This document shows, in pieces, positions 1 through 9,259 of a stretch of DNA of 64,000 nt. The position numbers were made by a program, and so were the translations under genes. The stretch spans positions 12,985 to 76,984 of the forward strand of contig JBMOKT010000008.1 of the NCBI GenBank assembly GCA_049323895.1, read 5' to 3'. This DNA is from Bacillota bacterium. GTDB taxonomy: Bacteria; Bacillota; Peptococcia; Peptococcales; BICA1-8. Positions within the stretch are counted from its first letter, which is position 1; every line of letters begins with the position of its first letter. The notes beneath the pieces were generated by a model. The model did no database searches. It saw nothing but the letters and a program-made list of their open reading frames with translations, and was not told the DNA's origin.

Positions 1-195
1 CTCCTTTTCTAAAAATGCCGCTATATTATATATTTCAGCAGCCTTTATTTCTTTTTGTTCATTTATAAATTCTGATTTTATTCTTATAGAAATAATCAGC
101 AGCAACAGTATTATAAAAATACTTGTTAGTAAATACATCCTTTGGATAATGGATAATTTTGATAACTTCTCAATTAGCAAAGTAAGTTCCTCCAT
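1..195 (-). CDS. 5' part of a membrane-anchored protein that runs off the left edge (MEELTLLIEKLSKLSIIQRMYLLTSIFIILLLLIISIRIK...)
   Basis: My own reverse-strand translation. The ATG at 195..193 opens a frame that stays open to position 1 (65 codons). There is an in-frame stop at 207..205 and a hydrophobic TM segment. No clear SD, so the call is weak. Confidence 0.3.
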   Translation of the reverse strand, partial: MEELTLLIEKLSKLSIIQRMYLLTSIFIILLLLIISIRIKSEFINEQKEIKAAEIYNIAAFLEKE

Positions 196-585
196 AACAT
201 TCTGTTAGTAATTTTAATATTTAAAATAATCCTCTTTTTGAATATCGACAATCAACTACCGTCAGTGAAAGTTTTAGGTAATATCACAATTCCAATCCCC
301 CTGATGTTCGACCTAATTACAGAATATTATAAAAGTTTATAGGATGTTAAAGTTTGACATGTTAACTTATTTTTCCTTCTAAATAAAATTTAAATTGGGC
401 TTGAATAGCTAAAATTAAGACAACACAGCAAGGACCAATTTGTGTCCTTGCTGTGCAATATTTGGGGGGATTTAAAAGATGGAATAAATGCAGTACTCAT
501 AGGTACTTTTGGGGATTTTGTAGAAAATATGTTTTCATTATTTTGCTTCTTCAATACCTCAACCTCAGCCTTAAGCCAGCTTTGC

Positions 586-660
586 TGCGCATTTTTTACA
601 GTAAATGCGACAATAAAGATCCCCAGAGGTTCCTCTGGGGGGGTTGTAGGCTTTTATTTT
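586..660 (+). repeat. Family-B two-hairpin repeat, copy 1 (cgcattt/aaatgcg hairpin, then CCCCAGAGgttcCTCTGGGG hairpin, then gttgtaggctttta)
   Basis: Direct reading. It aligns with copies at 1883-1949, 50815-50875 and 54785-54850. Confidence 0.8.
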
Positions 661-673
661 GAAATAGATACTG

Positions 674-1054
674 TTAATCTAATTCCTTAAAACCAATAGG
701 TCCTCCGAAAAAATCAATAAAGCTCACAATTTTAATGGGACGTTCAATGCTTAAATCGTTTAATTTTTTGATTCTATAAAGAACGTCTATGCCAACGTCC
801 TCAGATTTTTCAACAGAAATTATTTGTATTTGTTGCCCACTTTGACCAATTATGATAGCATACGTTTTTAAACCTATTTGTGCAATTCCTTTACTAGTGT
901 TTTCAGTAAAAGGAATGTCTGCTACTTGGCTTTTTATTTCTTGAGGAGCATCCGACAGCGTTAACTCTTTATACGAGACATCTTTTTGTAAATAAAAAGT
1001 AATTGATATAAGTCCTAACAAGATTACAATACCTATTGTGTATTTCTTTTTCAT
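674..1054 (-). CDS. Small exported or membrane-anchored hypothetical protein
   Basis: ORF track, 126 aa. N-terminal signal/anchor KKKYTIGIVILLGLISITFYL. Purine-rich stretch upstream of the ATG. Confidence 0.6.
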   Translation of the reverse strand: MKKKYTIGIVILLGLISITFYLQKDVSYKELTLSDAPQEIKSQVADIPFTENTSKGIAQIGLKTYAIIIGQSGQQIQIISVEKSEDVGIDVLYRIKKLNDLSIERPIKIVSFIDFFGGPIGFKELD

Positions 1055-1284
1055 TTTCTTACCATTCCCCCTGCTTGCATTATATCTCTACTTCGTCAAT
1101 AAAACTTAAAAACCTTTTGTAAATAAATTACTGCACAAAAAACATCTTGTTAAAATGTGTATATGTGACAAAAAAAACTCCTTTATAATTTTAAAGCTTT
1201 TTTAATAACTTTATTAAATAGTAAAATTCAAAGTTTGTAATACTAAAACTACAACATATAGAATTATAAAGGAGGATTCAAGAA

Positions 1285-1851
1285 ATGCCCGTATATTTCT
1301 TTTATCCTATATATACAGCAATTTTCTCACTAATTCTATTAGTGCTTGTACCCGGGAAAGACATTCGACGTCTTTCTATTTATGGAATTATTTTTGGGGG
1401 TTTGATGGATGTATTTATGCTTACAATTGGAAAAGCAACTGGATTATTTGGTTGGATAAATTATGGTCCCTTTGGTTTTATAGGATATTCAATTTTTGCC
1501 TCTGGTTCATGGGCAATATTTTATATTCTATATTTCTACTTTTTACCAAAGTCAAACCTTTTAATTTATATATACGCTGGTGCTGGAATTTTCTTTTCAA
1601 TTTTATATACCAATTTAGTGATTAACCTGGACATTTTTTATTCCTATAATCGAATATTCTTACCATTAGCTGCTTTTATTGTCTGGTTTTCAATTGCCAC
1701 TTGGGGTTACACTAAATTAAGTATTTTTATCCTGAAAAATAACACAAACAGAAAGTTATTTAAGCTAGCCTCTCGACCTGTAAGTAATTTTCTATCCGAA
1801 ATAAACTTTAAGAAACTAACAAAGTTAAAAAAACCAAGTAAATTAAAATAA
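1285..1851 (+). CDS. Polytopic membrane protein, unknown function
   Basis: ORF track, 188 aa. AGGAGG lies 8 nt upstream of the ATG. Multiple hydrophobic segments. Confidence 0.65.
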   Translation: MPVYFFYPIYTAIFSLILLVLVPGKDIRRLSIYGIIFGGLMDVFMLTIGKATGLFGWINYGPFGFIGYSIFASGSWAIFYILYFYFLPKSNLLIYIYAGAGIFFSILYTNLVINLDIFYSYNRIFLPLAAFIVWFSIATWGYTKLSIFILKNNTNRKLFKLASRPVSNFLSEINFKKLTKLKKPSKLK

Positions 1852-1882
1852 TAGTTATTTTAACTTCTTACATTACATTGTT

Positions 1883-1949
1883 TCGCAATTTTTGCAGTAT
1901 AAAAATATCAATCCCCCAGAGATTCCTCAGGGGGATTGTAAGCTTTTAC
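1883..1949 (+). repeat. Family-B two-hairpin repeat, copy 2 (CCCCCAGAGattcCTCaGGGGG, then attgtaagctttta)
   Basis: Direct reading; aligns with the other three copies. Confidence 0.8.
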
Positions 1950-1959
1950 ATCCTTTTCA

Positions 1960-2445
1960 TTACTCCAGGGGGCAGGCTATGCGGCTGATTAAACTGGAAG
2001 GCTCTTGAATTCCTCTAAAATATAGGCACTTTATCTGTTGATCCTTTTGGGCTATAATTTTTAAGGTATTAAGGTTGAAAATCCTTTGGAAGAATGAACT
2101 GTCAACCTCAACATTCTTGATGTTCTTATATTCAAACCGTTCATTGTTGATATAAAAAGCTTCGTCACAGAAATGATAGTCTAAATCCTGATGTGCCTCT
2201 TTGATTTTAGAGTAAAGATAAACGGGTAAAAACAGGATGAAAATTATTAGAGTGCCATATACCCCAACGGCAAAGGAATTAGTAAAGGACAGGTTAAACA
2301 ATGACATGACCAGCATATGTGCAAATACTACTGGTACAAAAAATATACTCCCAAAAATAAAGCTTATAACAACAGCACTAAGTACTCCCAATAACCTATT
2401 AAAATTTGCTCTCTCAATCGTGCAATTCATATTGTTTCCTCTCAT
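1960..2445 (-). CDS. Membrane protein with a bacterial PH (YdbS/YdbT-like, DUF304) domain
   Basis: Two N-terminal TM helices, then the motif FFQRIFNLNTLKI typical of bPH_2 domains. AGGAGG lies 7 nt upstream of the ATG at 2445. Confidence 0.6.
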   Translation of the reverse strand: MRGNNMNCTIERANFNRLLGVLSAVVISFIFGSIFFVPVVFAHMLVMSLFNLSFTNSFAVGVYGTLIIFILFLPVYLYSKIKEAHQDLDYHFCDEAFYINNERFEYKNIKNVEVDSSFFQRIFNLNTLKIIAQKDQQIKCLYFRGIQEPSSLISRIACPLE

Positions 2446-2650
2446 ATTGTTTCCTCCTTTATTTTTTATTTTCTTGTTATTTTATTATAATCTAATTTTT
2501 CAGAATATTTAAATTGCTAATTTTTATCTAGCAATTGGATAGTTACTTATGGTACGAATAAGGGTTTTTTATGTTATATGCCCAACAAAAACGCACCTTT
2601 TTCAGGATTTTCCATATCCTATAGTAGTATTTTGAGAAAGGTGTGATAAG

Positions 2651-3250
2651 ATGAGCTGTAATATTAGAGTTTTAAATGCATGTGTAAATACTGAGTGTCT
2701 AGATATCCATTCCAACAACCAAATCCTTGCAGATCAATGTTCTTACAAATACATTTCCGATTATATCATCTTAGACTCAGGAGACCACATTTTCAAGGTA
2801 AATAAATCCAGCAACAAACACTATCCCATACTAAAGGCTTATACAAAGCTGGTGGATGACTCCTGCCATACCATAGTTGCTTCAGGTATAGGTGATGACA
2901 TTAATCTTTTTGTTGTTCCCGATGCCCACGTCTCCTTCCATACCGACAAGGCATATATTAGATTCGTAAATCTATCTCCTGATGCCGATGCTTTAGATTT
3001 TAGATTTACCAATAATAACTTTATCATGGTTAATGATGTTGAATACAAAGAGGTTACCCAGTACTACCCTGCTTCACCGGGAACCTATACGGTCAGAGGG
3101 TATTTAGCAGGAACAAAGATTGAAGTATTGGAAGTTCCCAACTTTACCATCAGGCGGGGTCGTGGCTATACCATATATATAGTAGGCTCGGTAAAAAATT
3201 TATATACCATGGGATATATTTTCTGTCCTGATGGAAGATATATGGATTAA
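2651..3250 (+). CDS. DUF4397-like domain protein
   Basis: ORF track, 199 aa. Repeated pattern IRFVNLSPDADALDF typical of DUF4397 as I recall it. Confidence 0.5.
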   Translation: MSCNIRVLNACVNTECLDIHSNNQILADQCSYKYISDYIILDSGDHIFKVNKSSNKHYPILKAYTKLVDDSCHTIVASGIGDDINLFVVPDAHVSFHTDKAYIRFVNLSPDADALDFRFTNNNFIMVNDVEYKEVTQYYPASPGTYTVRGYLAGTKIEVLEVPNFTIRRGRGYTIYIVGSVKNLYTMGYIFCPDGRYMD

Positions 3251-3310
3251 TATTGAAATGTACTAAACTATGTGCTAATATGAATTATGTAATTATTAAT
3301 TTCATAAATT

Positions 3311-3397
3311 ACTAGGGGAGCCGGTAGGGCCGGCTGAGAGTTGACCATCTAAGTCTAGACCCTTGACCTGATCTGGGTAATGCCAGCGTAGGGAAGT
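3311..3397 (+). promoter_or_regulatory. TPP (THI-box) riboswitch aptamer
   Basis: actaGGGGagcc...ggCTGAGAg...ACCCTTgaCCTGATCTGGgTAATGCCAGCGTAGGGAAg matches the conserved THI-box core. It sits directly upstream of thiW. Confidence 0.9.
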
Positions 3398-3406
3398 ATG
3401 TTTTTA

Positions 3407-3441
3407 CACCTTTCCCCTGCCTTGGGAAAGGTGTTATTTTA
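3407..3441 (+). terminator. Riboswitch expression-platform terminator
   Basis: cacctttccc / gggaaaggtg 10-bp stem with a 7-nt loop, followed by ttatttta. It lies between the aptamer and the thiW SD. Confidence 0.8.
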
Positions 3442-3463
3442 TTTAAAAGGAGATGATTGTTTA

Positions 3464-3964
3464 ATGGCAACAAAAAAATTAACCTTTTCCGCCTTGCTGG
3501 TGGCTATAGGGACTTTATTGGGTCATCTTATTTACATACCCGCCGGGGTAGCCAAATGTTTTCCTGTGCAGCATACAATAAATGTCCTCTCCGCCGTACT
3601 ATTGGGACCTGGTTATGCTGTAGCAAATGCTTTTGTTATTTCTCTGCTGCGCAATATCCTTGGAACGGGCTCACCCCTTGCCTTCCCAGGAAGTATGCTG
3701 GGCGCATTATTAGCGGGCTTTTTGTATACCAGGTATAAGAAGAATTCTGCTGCAGTAGCCGGTGAAATATTTGGAACTGGAATTTTAGGGGGTATCGCCG
3801 CCTACCCCATTGCCAAATATGTTTTAGGAAGTGAAGCAGCTGTGTTTTTCTTTGTTACACCGTTCTTAGTCAGTACCATCGGAGGAAGCATTATTGGTTT
3901 GTTTATAATTAAACTTCTAGAAAAGAACCAATGGGTACAGCAACAAGGTTTTTTAAGTAAATAA
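3464..3964 (+). CDS. thiW: ECF-transporter S component ThiW (thiazole precursor uptake)
   Basis: The track ORF 3398..3964 is trimmed to the ATG at 3464 (MATKKLTFSALL), which follows AAAAGGAG. The protein is a small polytopic membrane protein with QHTINV..LGPGYA..AFPGSMLGALLAG. It sits under a TPP riboswitch. Confidence 0.8.
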   Translation: MATKKLTFSALLVAIGTLLGHLIYIPAGVAKCFPVQHTINVLSAVLLGPGYAVANAFVISLLRNILGTGSPLAFPGSMLGALLAGFLYTRYKKNSAAVAGEIFGTGILGGIAAYPIAKYVLGSEAAVFFFVTPFLVSTIGGSIIGLFIIKLLEKNQWVQQQGFLSK

Positions 3965-4024
3965 AGGATTTAGGAATCAAAAATGGAATTATTATAAATT
4001 ATTTCTTAAACCTGGAGGTAAAAA

Positions 4025-4345
4025 ATGTTTGTAAAAAAAGGGCAGGGAAATTACATCCCCATGATTGAAGGTGTGAAAAGAAGAACACTTGCCTGCGGCG
4101 AAAAAACCTTGATGATTGAGGTGGAGTTGGCACAAGGAAGCAATATTCCGGGGCACAGTCATCTCCATGAGCAGACAGGTTATTTAGTTTACGGGAAAAT
4201 GATTTTTAATATTGATGGGCAGGAAACCGAAGTTAACCCAGGTGACAGCTGGGCAATACCGGGGAACGCCGTCCATAGCGTAAAAGTATTGGAGGATTCT
4301 TTCGCTGTGGAAGTTTTCTCTCCTGTCCGGGAGGACTATAAATAA
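4025..4345 (+). CDS. Cupin-domain protein
   Basis: 106 aa. GHSHLHEQTGYLVYG ... GDSWAIPGNAVHSV is a two-motif cupin signature. GGAGG upstream. Confidence 0.75.
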   Translation: MFVKKGQGNYIPMIEGVKRRTLACGEKTLMIEVELAQGSNIPGHSHLHEQTGYLVYGKMIFNIDGQETEVNPGDSWAIPGNAVHSVKVLEDSFAVEVFSPVREDYK

Positions 4346-4357
4346 AACGCCTAAATT

Positions 4358-4470
4358 TAGTGGCTAGTATTTAGAAAAAGAGGACTGGCGACTGGTGAAA
4401 TAATGCCGTTGACTATTAGCCGTTGACTCTTAACTATTGACCGTATACTAGTGTAACTTACACTAGTATA
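4358..4470. repeat. Family-A short tandem repeat patch (tagtggctagt; gactggcgactggtga; gttgactattagccgttgactcttaactattgacc) ending in an 11-bp-stem palindrome tatactagtgt/acactagtata
   Basis: Direct reading of the convergent intergenic region. Confidence 0.75.
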
Positions 4471-4471
4471 C

Positions 4472-4506
4472 AAAAAGTCCAGCCCTAGGCTGGACTTAAT
4501 TTTTTA
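4472..4506. terminator. Bidirectional intrinsic terminator between the cupin gene and trpP
   Basis: aaaaAGTCCAGCCctaGGCTGGACTtaatttttt: A-run, 9-bp GC-rich stem, T-run. Confidence 0.8.
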
Positions 4507-5034
4507 TTTAGTTATTTCCTGGGGACGGGACCTTTCCACAACCTGCTTGCTGAAGATAACAATGGGATAAAGAAGGGCGGCACCGATAGTATTGGCAACT
4601 GTTGCCGGTAGAACAACCGTTACGAATAATACTCCAAAGGGTGCTGGTATCCCTGCTAATGCCAAGGCTGACAATAAGAAAACAGTTCCGCTGAATACAG
4701 TCCCTACAGCCCCTATAATACCTGCTGTAATGGCTGAAGGCAATTTATTGTCCAGCATTTTTACCAGACCAAAAACAAACAAACTTGTAATCATTTTATC
4801 AATTAGGTTGGGAATCTGACCTGCGGGGAAAGTGGTGGTTAAAGCACAGATAATCCCGGCGACTCCACCTGCAAGCAGAGTAGATTTTAAATCCTTTTTG
4901 AGCAAAATAACGATAAACAGCATAGCCAAAAGTAAATCCGGCTTCATTCCTGCACCATAGCCGGGGACAATCAACCTCAGGATAAAACCAATAGCTAAAA
5001 GCAAACTAATTTGCGCAATTTCTCTAATACTCAT
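4504..5034 (-). CDS. trpP: Tryptophan transporter TrpP (YhaG family)
   Basis: 176 aa. GMKPDLLLAM, ALTTTFPAGQIPNLIDK and VVLPATVANT match my recollection of B. subtilis TrpP/YhaG almost motif for motif. Confidence 0.8.
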   Translation of the reverse strand: MSIREIAQISLLLAIGFILRLIVPGYGAGMKPDLLLAMLFIVILLKKDLKSTLLAGGVAGIICALTTTFPAGQIPNLIDKMITSLFVFGLVKMLDNKLPSAITAGIIGAVGTVFSGTVFLLSALALAGIPAPFGVLFVTVVLPATVANTIGAALLYPIVIFSKQVVERSRPQEITK

Positions 5035-5197
5035 CTAAACAATTCTCCTCTCAACTTTTCTCAACTAAACTTTTCTAAACTTCTTTGCAAAAACTAAACT
5101 TTACTAATCTCACTGTTCTTTCTCCCCTAAGCACCAGCTCCTTCTCAAATACTTATAAATAACTATAAATGTTTATCGAAGATTTTTCAATAACTTT

Positions 5198-5548
5198 TTA
5201 CTTATTATTTATATCAGGATACCATAAGTCAAAGGTCTCACCAATTATCTTTTGTACGTCGGCTATCATGCGGCCCAATTGGTATTCTGCCTCTAAAAAG
5301 TCCTTTATAACAGGGTGGAAGTTTAATATTTGAGAGGCTTTTTCCAACTCTTGCATTTTGTCTGCCGATACTTCCCTGCCCATCATTTGCAAGCCTTGAA
5401 TTTCCATTTGTTTTTTCCTCAGGCTGGTGAGAATACTTTCTTTCTCCTGATCACCTTTAATTTTACTAAGGGCTGCCTGGTATTTTTCATATTCCTGAGA
5501 GTTTTTCAGACTCCTGGCTAAGTTATGGGCGGAATCATAAACGTTCAT
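5198..5548 (-). CDS. ylbF: YlbF/YmcA-family regulatory protein
   Basis: 116 aa, helical. MNVYDSAHNLARSLKNSQEYEKYQAA...ILNFHPVIKDFLEAEYQ is typical of the UPF0342/YlbF family. Confidence 0.7.
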   Translation of the reverse strand: MNVYDSAHNLARSLKNSQEYEKYQAALSKIKGDQEKESILTSLRKKQMEIQGLQMMGREVSADKMQELEKASQILNFHPVIKDFLEAEYQLGRMIADVQKIIGETFDLWYPDINNK

Positions 5549-5712
5549 TTAAATCCCCCTTTGGTAATTTATTTTAATATATGCCTAAGTATAATAAATG
5601 TTCGAGCATAATCCTTATTCTTCCTTTTTATAATAAAATTTTTTATATATTTATTAGTCTTTTTTTAGTATAATAATTTTTAAAATTATAAAAAAAAGAA
5701 GGTTCTTCTATT

Positions 5713-6657
5713 ATGTCCATCCCACCATACATTCTGCTTATCCTGGCACCATTATTTTGGAGTGTAAATTTTCTTGTCGGGAAGGCTCTTGCAGGAGTCA
5801 TTCCAGCCGGATTTATTACACTTATGCGTTGGTTAATCACATCTATAATTCTTATTCCTATTTATAGAAAGGATCTTCTTAAAAACAGAGAATTATTTAC
5901 CTCAGGTTTGTCTATCTTGATAGCCTTAGGTCTCTCAGGGTATTTCTTTAACAGCGTGAGTACATTTTTGGCTGTACAGCATACTACAGCCATCAATGCC
6001 TCTTTCCTTACTGCCTTAAACCCGGTTGCCATAGTTATTGCAAGCTCCCTTTTATTTAAGGAACGCTCCACATTAATCCAATTGATAGGTATTGTATTTT
6101 CCTTGTTTGGCGTTCTTTGGATAGTATTCAAAGGTCATCTGACTTATATTTTCAGCCTGCAGGTAAATTTAGGTGATGCTTTTATGCTTGTTGCAGTTAT
6201 TAGCTGGGCGCTTTATTCTAATATTTTAAAGAAAAAAGGCAGTATTTTCCCCTGGCCTGCGTTATTTGCCGCCATGACCATAAGTGCTGTTGCAGTAAGT
6301 TTGCCTTATTCCATACTGGAGGTCTATTGGGAAGGCTGGGAATGGATTTTAAATTTACAGGGAAAACATTATCTAAGCATTTTGGCAATAGCAATTTTCC
6401 CTTCCTTACTTGCCTTTTACTGCTGGAATACAGCCATGCAAAAGGTTGACTCCAGCCAGGCTGCTGTTTTCATAAATTTGATTCCGGTTTTTACTACTAT
6501 ATTATCAATAATTTTTTTGGGAGAAAAATTGATGTATCATCACATTATAGGAGGGCTCCTAATTTTTCTTGGCGTTTTTATGGTTACCAACCATAATGTT
6601 TTATCAACTAAAATTAGTAAAATAATAACCACGGGTTCTATAGAACCACGTGGTTAA
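5713..6657 (+). CDS. EamA/DMT-family permease
   Basis: 314 aa, about 10 TM segments in two EamA-like halves. Confidence 0.75.
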   Translation: MSIPPYILLILAPLFWSVNFLVGKALAGVIPAGFITLMRWLITSIILIPIYRKDLLKNRELFTSGLSILIALGLSGYFFNSVSTFLAVQHTTAINASFLTALNPVAIVIASSLLFKERSTLIQLIGIVFSLFGVLWIVFKGHLTYIFSLQVNLGDAFMLVAVISWALYSNILKKKGSIFPWPALFAAMTISAVAVSLPYSILEVYWEGWEWILNLQGKHYLSILAIAIFPSLLAFYCWNTAMQKVDSSQAAVFINLIPVFTTILSIIFLGEKLMYHHIIGGLLIFLGVFMVTNHNVLSTKISKIITTGSIEPRG

Positions 6658-6669
6658 TCTAGAGCCTGG

Positions 6670-8412
6670 TTAGTCTTCAATGGTGGAAAGGTCCCCTGTC
6701 GGCAGATTTAATTCCCAAGCTTTTAATACCCTTCTCATTATTTTCCCGCTGCGTGTTTTTGGCAGTTTATCCTTGAATTCTATTTCCTTGGGTGCAGAAT
6801 GAGCTGATAATCCTTTCTTGACAAATATGATAATTTCCTTCTTTAATTCTTCAGTTGCCTTATATCCTTCTCTTAGAGCGATAAAGGCTTTGATTACCTC
6901 TCCTCTAAGGGGATCAGGCTTGCCAATAACTCCTGCTTCAGCAACCGCCGGGTGTTCCAGCAGCTTATTCTCCACTTCAAAGGGTCCAACACGTTCTCCA
7001 GATGTATTTATTACGTCATCAATACGGCCTCTAAACCAAAAGTACCCTTCCTCATCCCGATATGCCGAATCTCCCGTAATATACCAGCCGGGAATCCGGA
7101 AGTATTCCTGATATTTCTGAGGGTTTTTCCATATTTGCCGCATCATGGAAGGCCATGAGATCTTTACAGCCAGGTTCCCCATTTGGTACGGCGGAAGTTC
7201 ATCTCCTTTATCATCAATAATAGCTGCTTCAATTCCGGGAATAGGTTTTCCCATTGAACCGGGTCTTATTTCCATGCCGGGGTAGTTGCATATCAGTTGT
7301 GCCCCGGTTTCTGTCATCCACCATGTGTCGTGAATACGCTGTTTATACACCTTTAGACCCCAGCGGATAACTTCAGGATTTAACGGTTCCCCCACGCTCA
7401 ACACATGGCGGAGAGAGGACAAATCAAACTTTGACACAGTTGCTTCCCCTGCCCCCATCAGCATACGAAACGCTGTGGGAGCACTATACCAAACGGTTAC
7501 TTTATATTCTTCAATGATAGCATACCAATCATTAGGGCTAAAGCGGCCACCGCGAATGACATTGGTAGCACCATTCAGCCAGGGGGCAAAAATACCGTAT
7601 GAAGTTCCGGTAACCCATCCCGGATCCGCTGTACACCAATAAATATCATCCTCACGCAAATCAAGTACAACTTTGCCGGTATAAAAATGCTGGATCATAG
7701 CATTATGAACATGGTAAACGCCTTTAGGCTTACCGGTAGAACCTGAAGTATAGTGGATGATTAGTCCATCTTCTCTATCAACCCATTCAATTTCCAGTTC
7801 TTCTGAAGACTTTTCCATTTCTTTTTCGAAATTATACTGGTTTGGCTCTAATTGATTTATTTCTCCTACCAAAATAATGTGCTTTAGACAGGGCAGCTCC
7901 CCTACCGGGATTCTGGACAGGAGCAAAGGTGTAGTAATGACGGCCACCGCTTCGCTGTCTTCCAGCCTGTCTTTTACCGCTGTTTCCATAAAGGCTTCAA
8001 ACAAGGGACCAACAATTGCACCAATTTTGACCGCACCTAATAGGGCAAAGTAAAGTTCAGGGGTCCGGGGCATAAAAATAAAAACTCGATCTCCTTTTCC
8101 TATACCTATTTTCTTTAAAACATTCCCTGCCTGATTTGATTTTTTCCTCATTTCCTCATAAGTATATTGCTCTTTCCTGTCACTATCGCTGTAATATAAG
8201 GCAATTTTATCCTTTTTTTCTGATTGGGCATGACGGTCAATTGCTTCATAAGCAATATTAACCTTACCAGTATTGAACCAGGAGAACTCCTGTTCTACTT
8301 CATTCCAAGAAAAGTTTGATCTTGCAGCATTATAATCCCCGAGATTTGATTTTTGTACCGAAACACCAATTGCTTTTTCTTTCAAAGTTTCCACCAGATT
8401 ACCTCCCTGCAT
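6670..8412 (-). CDS. acsA: AMP-forming acetyl-CoA synthetase (AcsA-type)
   Basis: 580 aa. YTSGSTGKPKG AMP-binding motif, WWMTETG, and a C-terminal GKIMRR. Divergent from acuA, as in Bacillus. Confidence 0.85.
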   Translation of the reverse strand: MQGGNLVETLKEKAIGVSVQKSNLGDYNAARSNFSWNEVEQEFSWFNTGKVNIAYEAIDRHAQSEKKDKIALYYSDSDRKEQYTYEEMRKKSNQAGNVLKKIGIGKGDRVFIFMPRTPELYFALLGAVKIGAIVGPLFEAFMETAVKDRLEDSEAVAVITTPLLLSRIPVGELPCLKHIILVGEINQLEPNQYNFEKEMEKSSEELEIEWVDREDGLIIHYTSGSTGKPKGVYHVHNAMIQHFYTGKVVLDLREDDIYWCTADPGWVTGTSYGIFAPWLNGATNVIRGGRFSPNDWYAIIEEYKVTVWYSAPTAFRMLMGAGEATVSKFDLSSLRHVLSVGEPLNPEVIRWGLKVYKQRIHDTWWMTETGAQLICNYPGMEIRPGSMGKPIPGIEAAIIDDKGDELPPYQMGNLAVKISWPSMMRQIWKNPQKYQEYFRIPGWYITGDSAYRDEEGYFWFRGRIDDVINTSGERVGPFEVENKLLEHPAVAEAGVIGKPDPLRGEVIKAFIALREGYKATEELKKEIIIFVKKGLSAHSAPKEIEFKDKLPKTRSGKIMRRVLKAWELNLPTGDLSTIED

Positions 8413-8626
8413 AAAATTCCTCTACAGAATTATACTAATGTGTAATTAAAATTAATCGTCCAGGTAACTTTTAAGACAATTTACAAAATTATGAATATTT
8501 TGTTAATATTATAGCATATTGTAACCTCTAAGCCAATTTTCTTTATCATTGACGTTTTTTATAGCTATCATTTTAAAATTTATTCCTGTAAAATAATTGT
8601 AGTTCCCTGTAAAGGAGTTGTAAGCT

Positions 8627-9259
8627 GTGGAGCACACTAAAATATACCACTGCAAAAAAATCAGCTACAAAAATCGCTCTGTCATAGTTGAAGGACCTGT
8701 TTCGGCAAATTATTTGCTTACCCTTAAAATGAGTACTGAATTAGATGCATTTCGCAAACCGTCAGAACAGCATCAAGCATTGGTTGATATTGCCGAACTT
8801 CCTGAAGGTCGTATTATTATTACCCGGGATAATGAAACCATTGTCGGCTATGTAACCTTCCATTATCCCGATGAGATGGAGCGGTGGTCACAAGGAAATA
8901 TGCAGGATTTAATTGAATTGGGAGCTATAGAAGTTGCAAATGAATACCGTTTACTGGGACTAGGAAAAGAAATGATATGTCTGGCTTTTATTGATTCTCA
9001 AATGGAGAATGTAATAGTATTTACTACAGAATACTATTGGCACTGGGATTTAAAAGGAAGTGGACTTTCCATATGGGACTACAGGAAACTGATGGAGAAA
9101 TTGATGAAGTCCGTAGATATGGTCTGGCATGCTACCGATGACCCTGAAATTTGCTCTCACCCTGCAAACTGCTTGATGGTCAGAATTGGAAAAGAAGTAC
9201 CCCTGGAATCAATTGAACAGTTCGACCGGCTCCGTTTTCAACGACGGTTTATGTATTAA
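8627..9259 (+). CDS. acuA: Acetoin-utilisation protein AcuA (GNAT acetyltransferase acting on AcsA)
   Basis: 210 aa. LDAFRKPSEQHQALVDIAELPEGRIIITRDNETIVGYVTFHYPD closely parallels B. subtilis AcuA. Divergent from acsA. Confidence 0.8.
   Translation: MEHTKIYHCKKISYKNRSVIVEGPVSANYLLTLKMSTELDAFRKPSEQHQALVDIAELPEGRIIITRDNETIVGYVTFHYPDEMERWSQGNMQDLIELGAIEVANEYRLLGLGKEMICLAFIDSQMENVIVFTTEYYWHWDLKGSGLSIWDYRKLMEKLMKSVDMVWHATDDPEICSHPANCLMVRIGKEVPLESIEQFDRLRFQRRFMY

Noticed and set aside
442-690. Two overlapping plus-strand track ORFs (82 and 69 aa).
   Set aside because: They run through a hairpin (cacagcaaggac/gtccttgctgtg) and the family-B repeat. They have no SD and a low-complexity composition, and one overlaps the 3' end of the 674..1054 gene. 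They look like intergenic read-through, not genes.
5035-5197. A T-box leader upstream of trpP.
   Set aside because: The leader is only about 160 nt. I find no specifier-loop or T-box (…GGTGGNACCGCG…) sequence and no terminator/antiterminator pair. The (G/U)AG-triplet observation is reported separately at low confidence.
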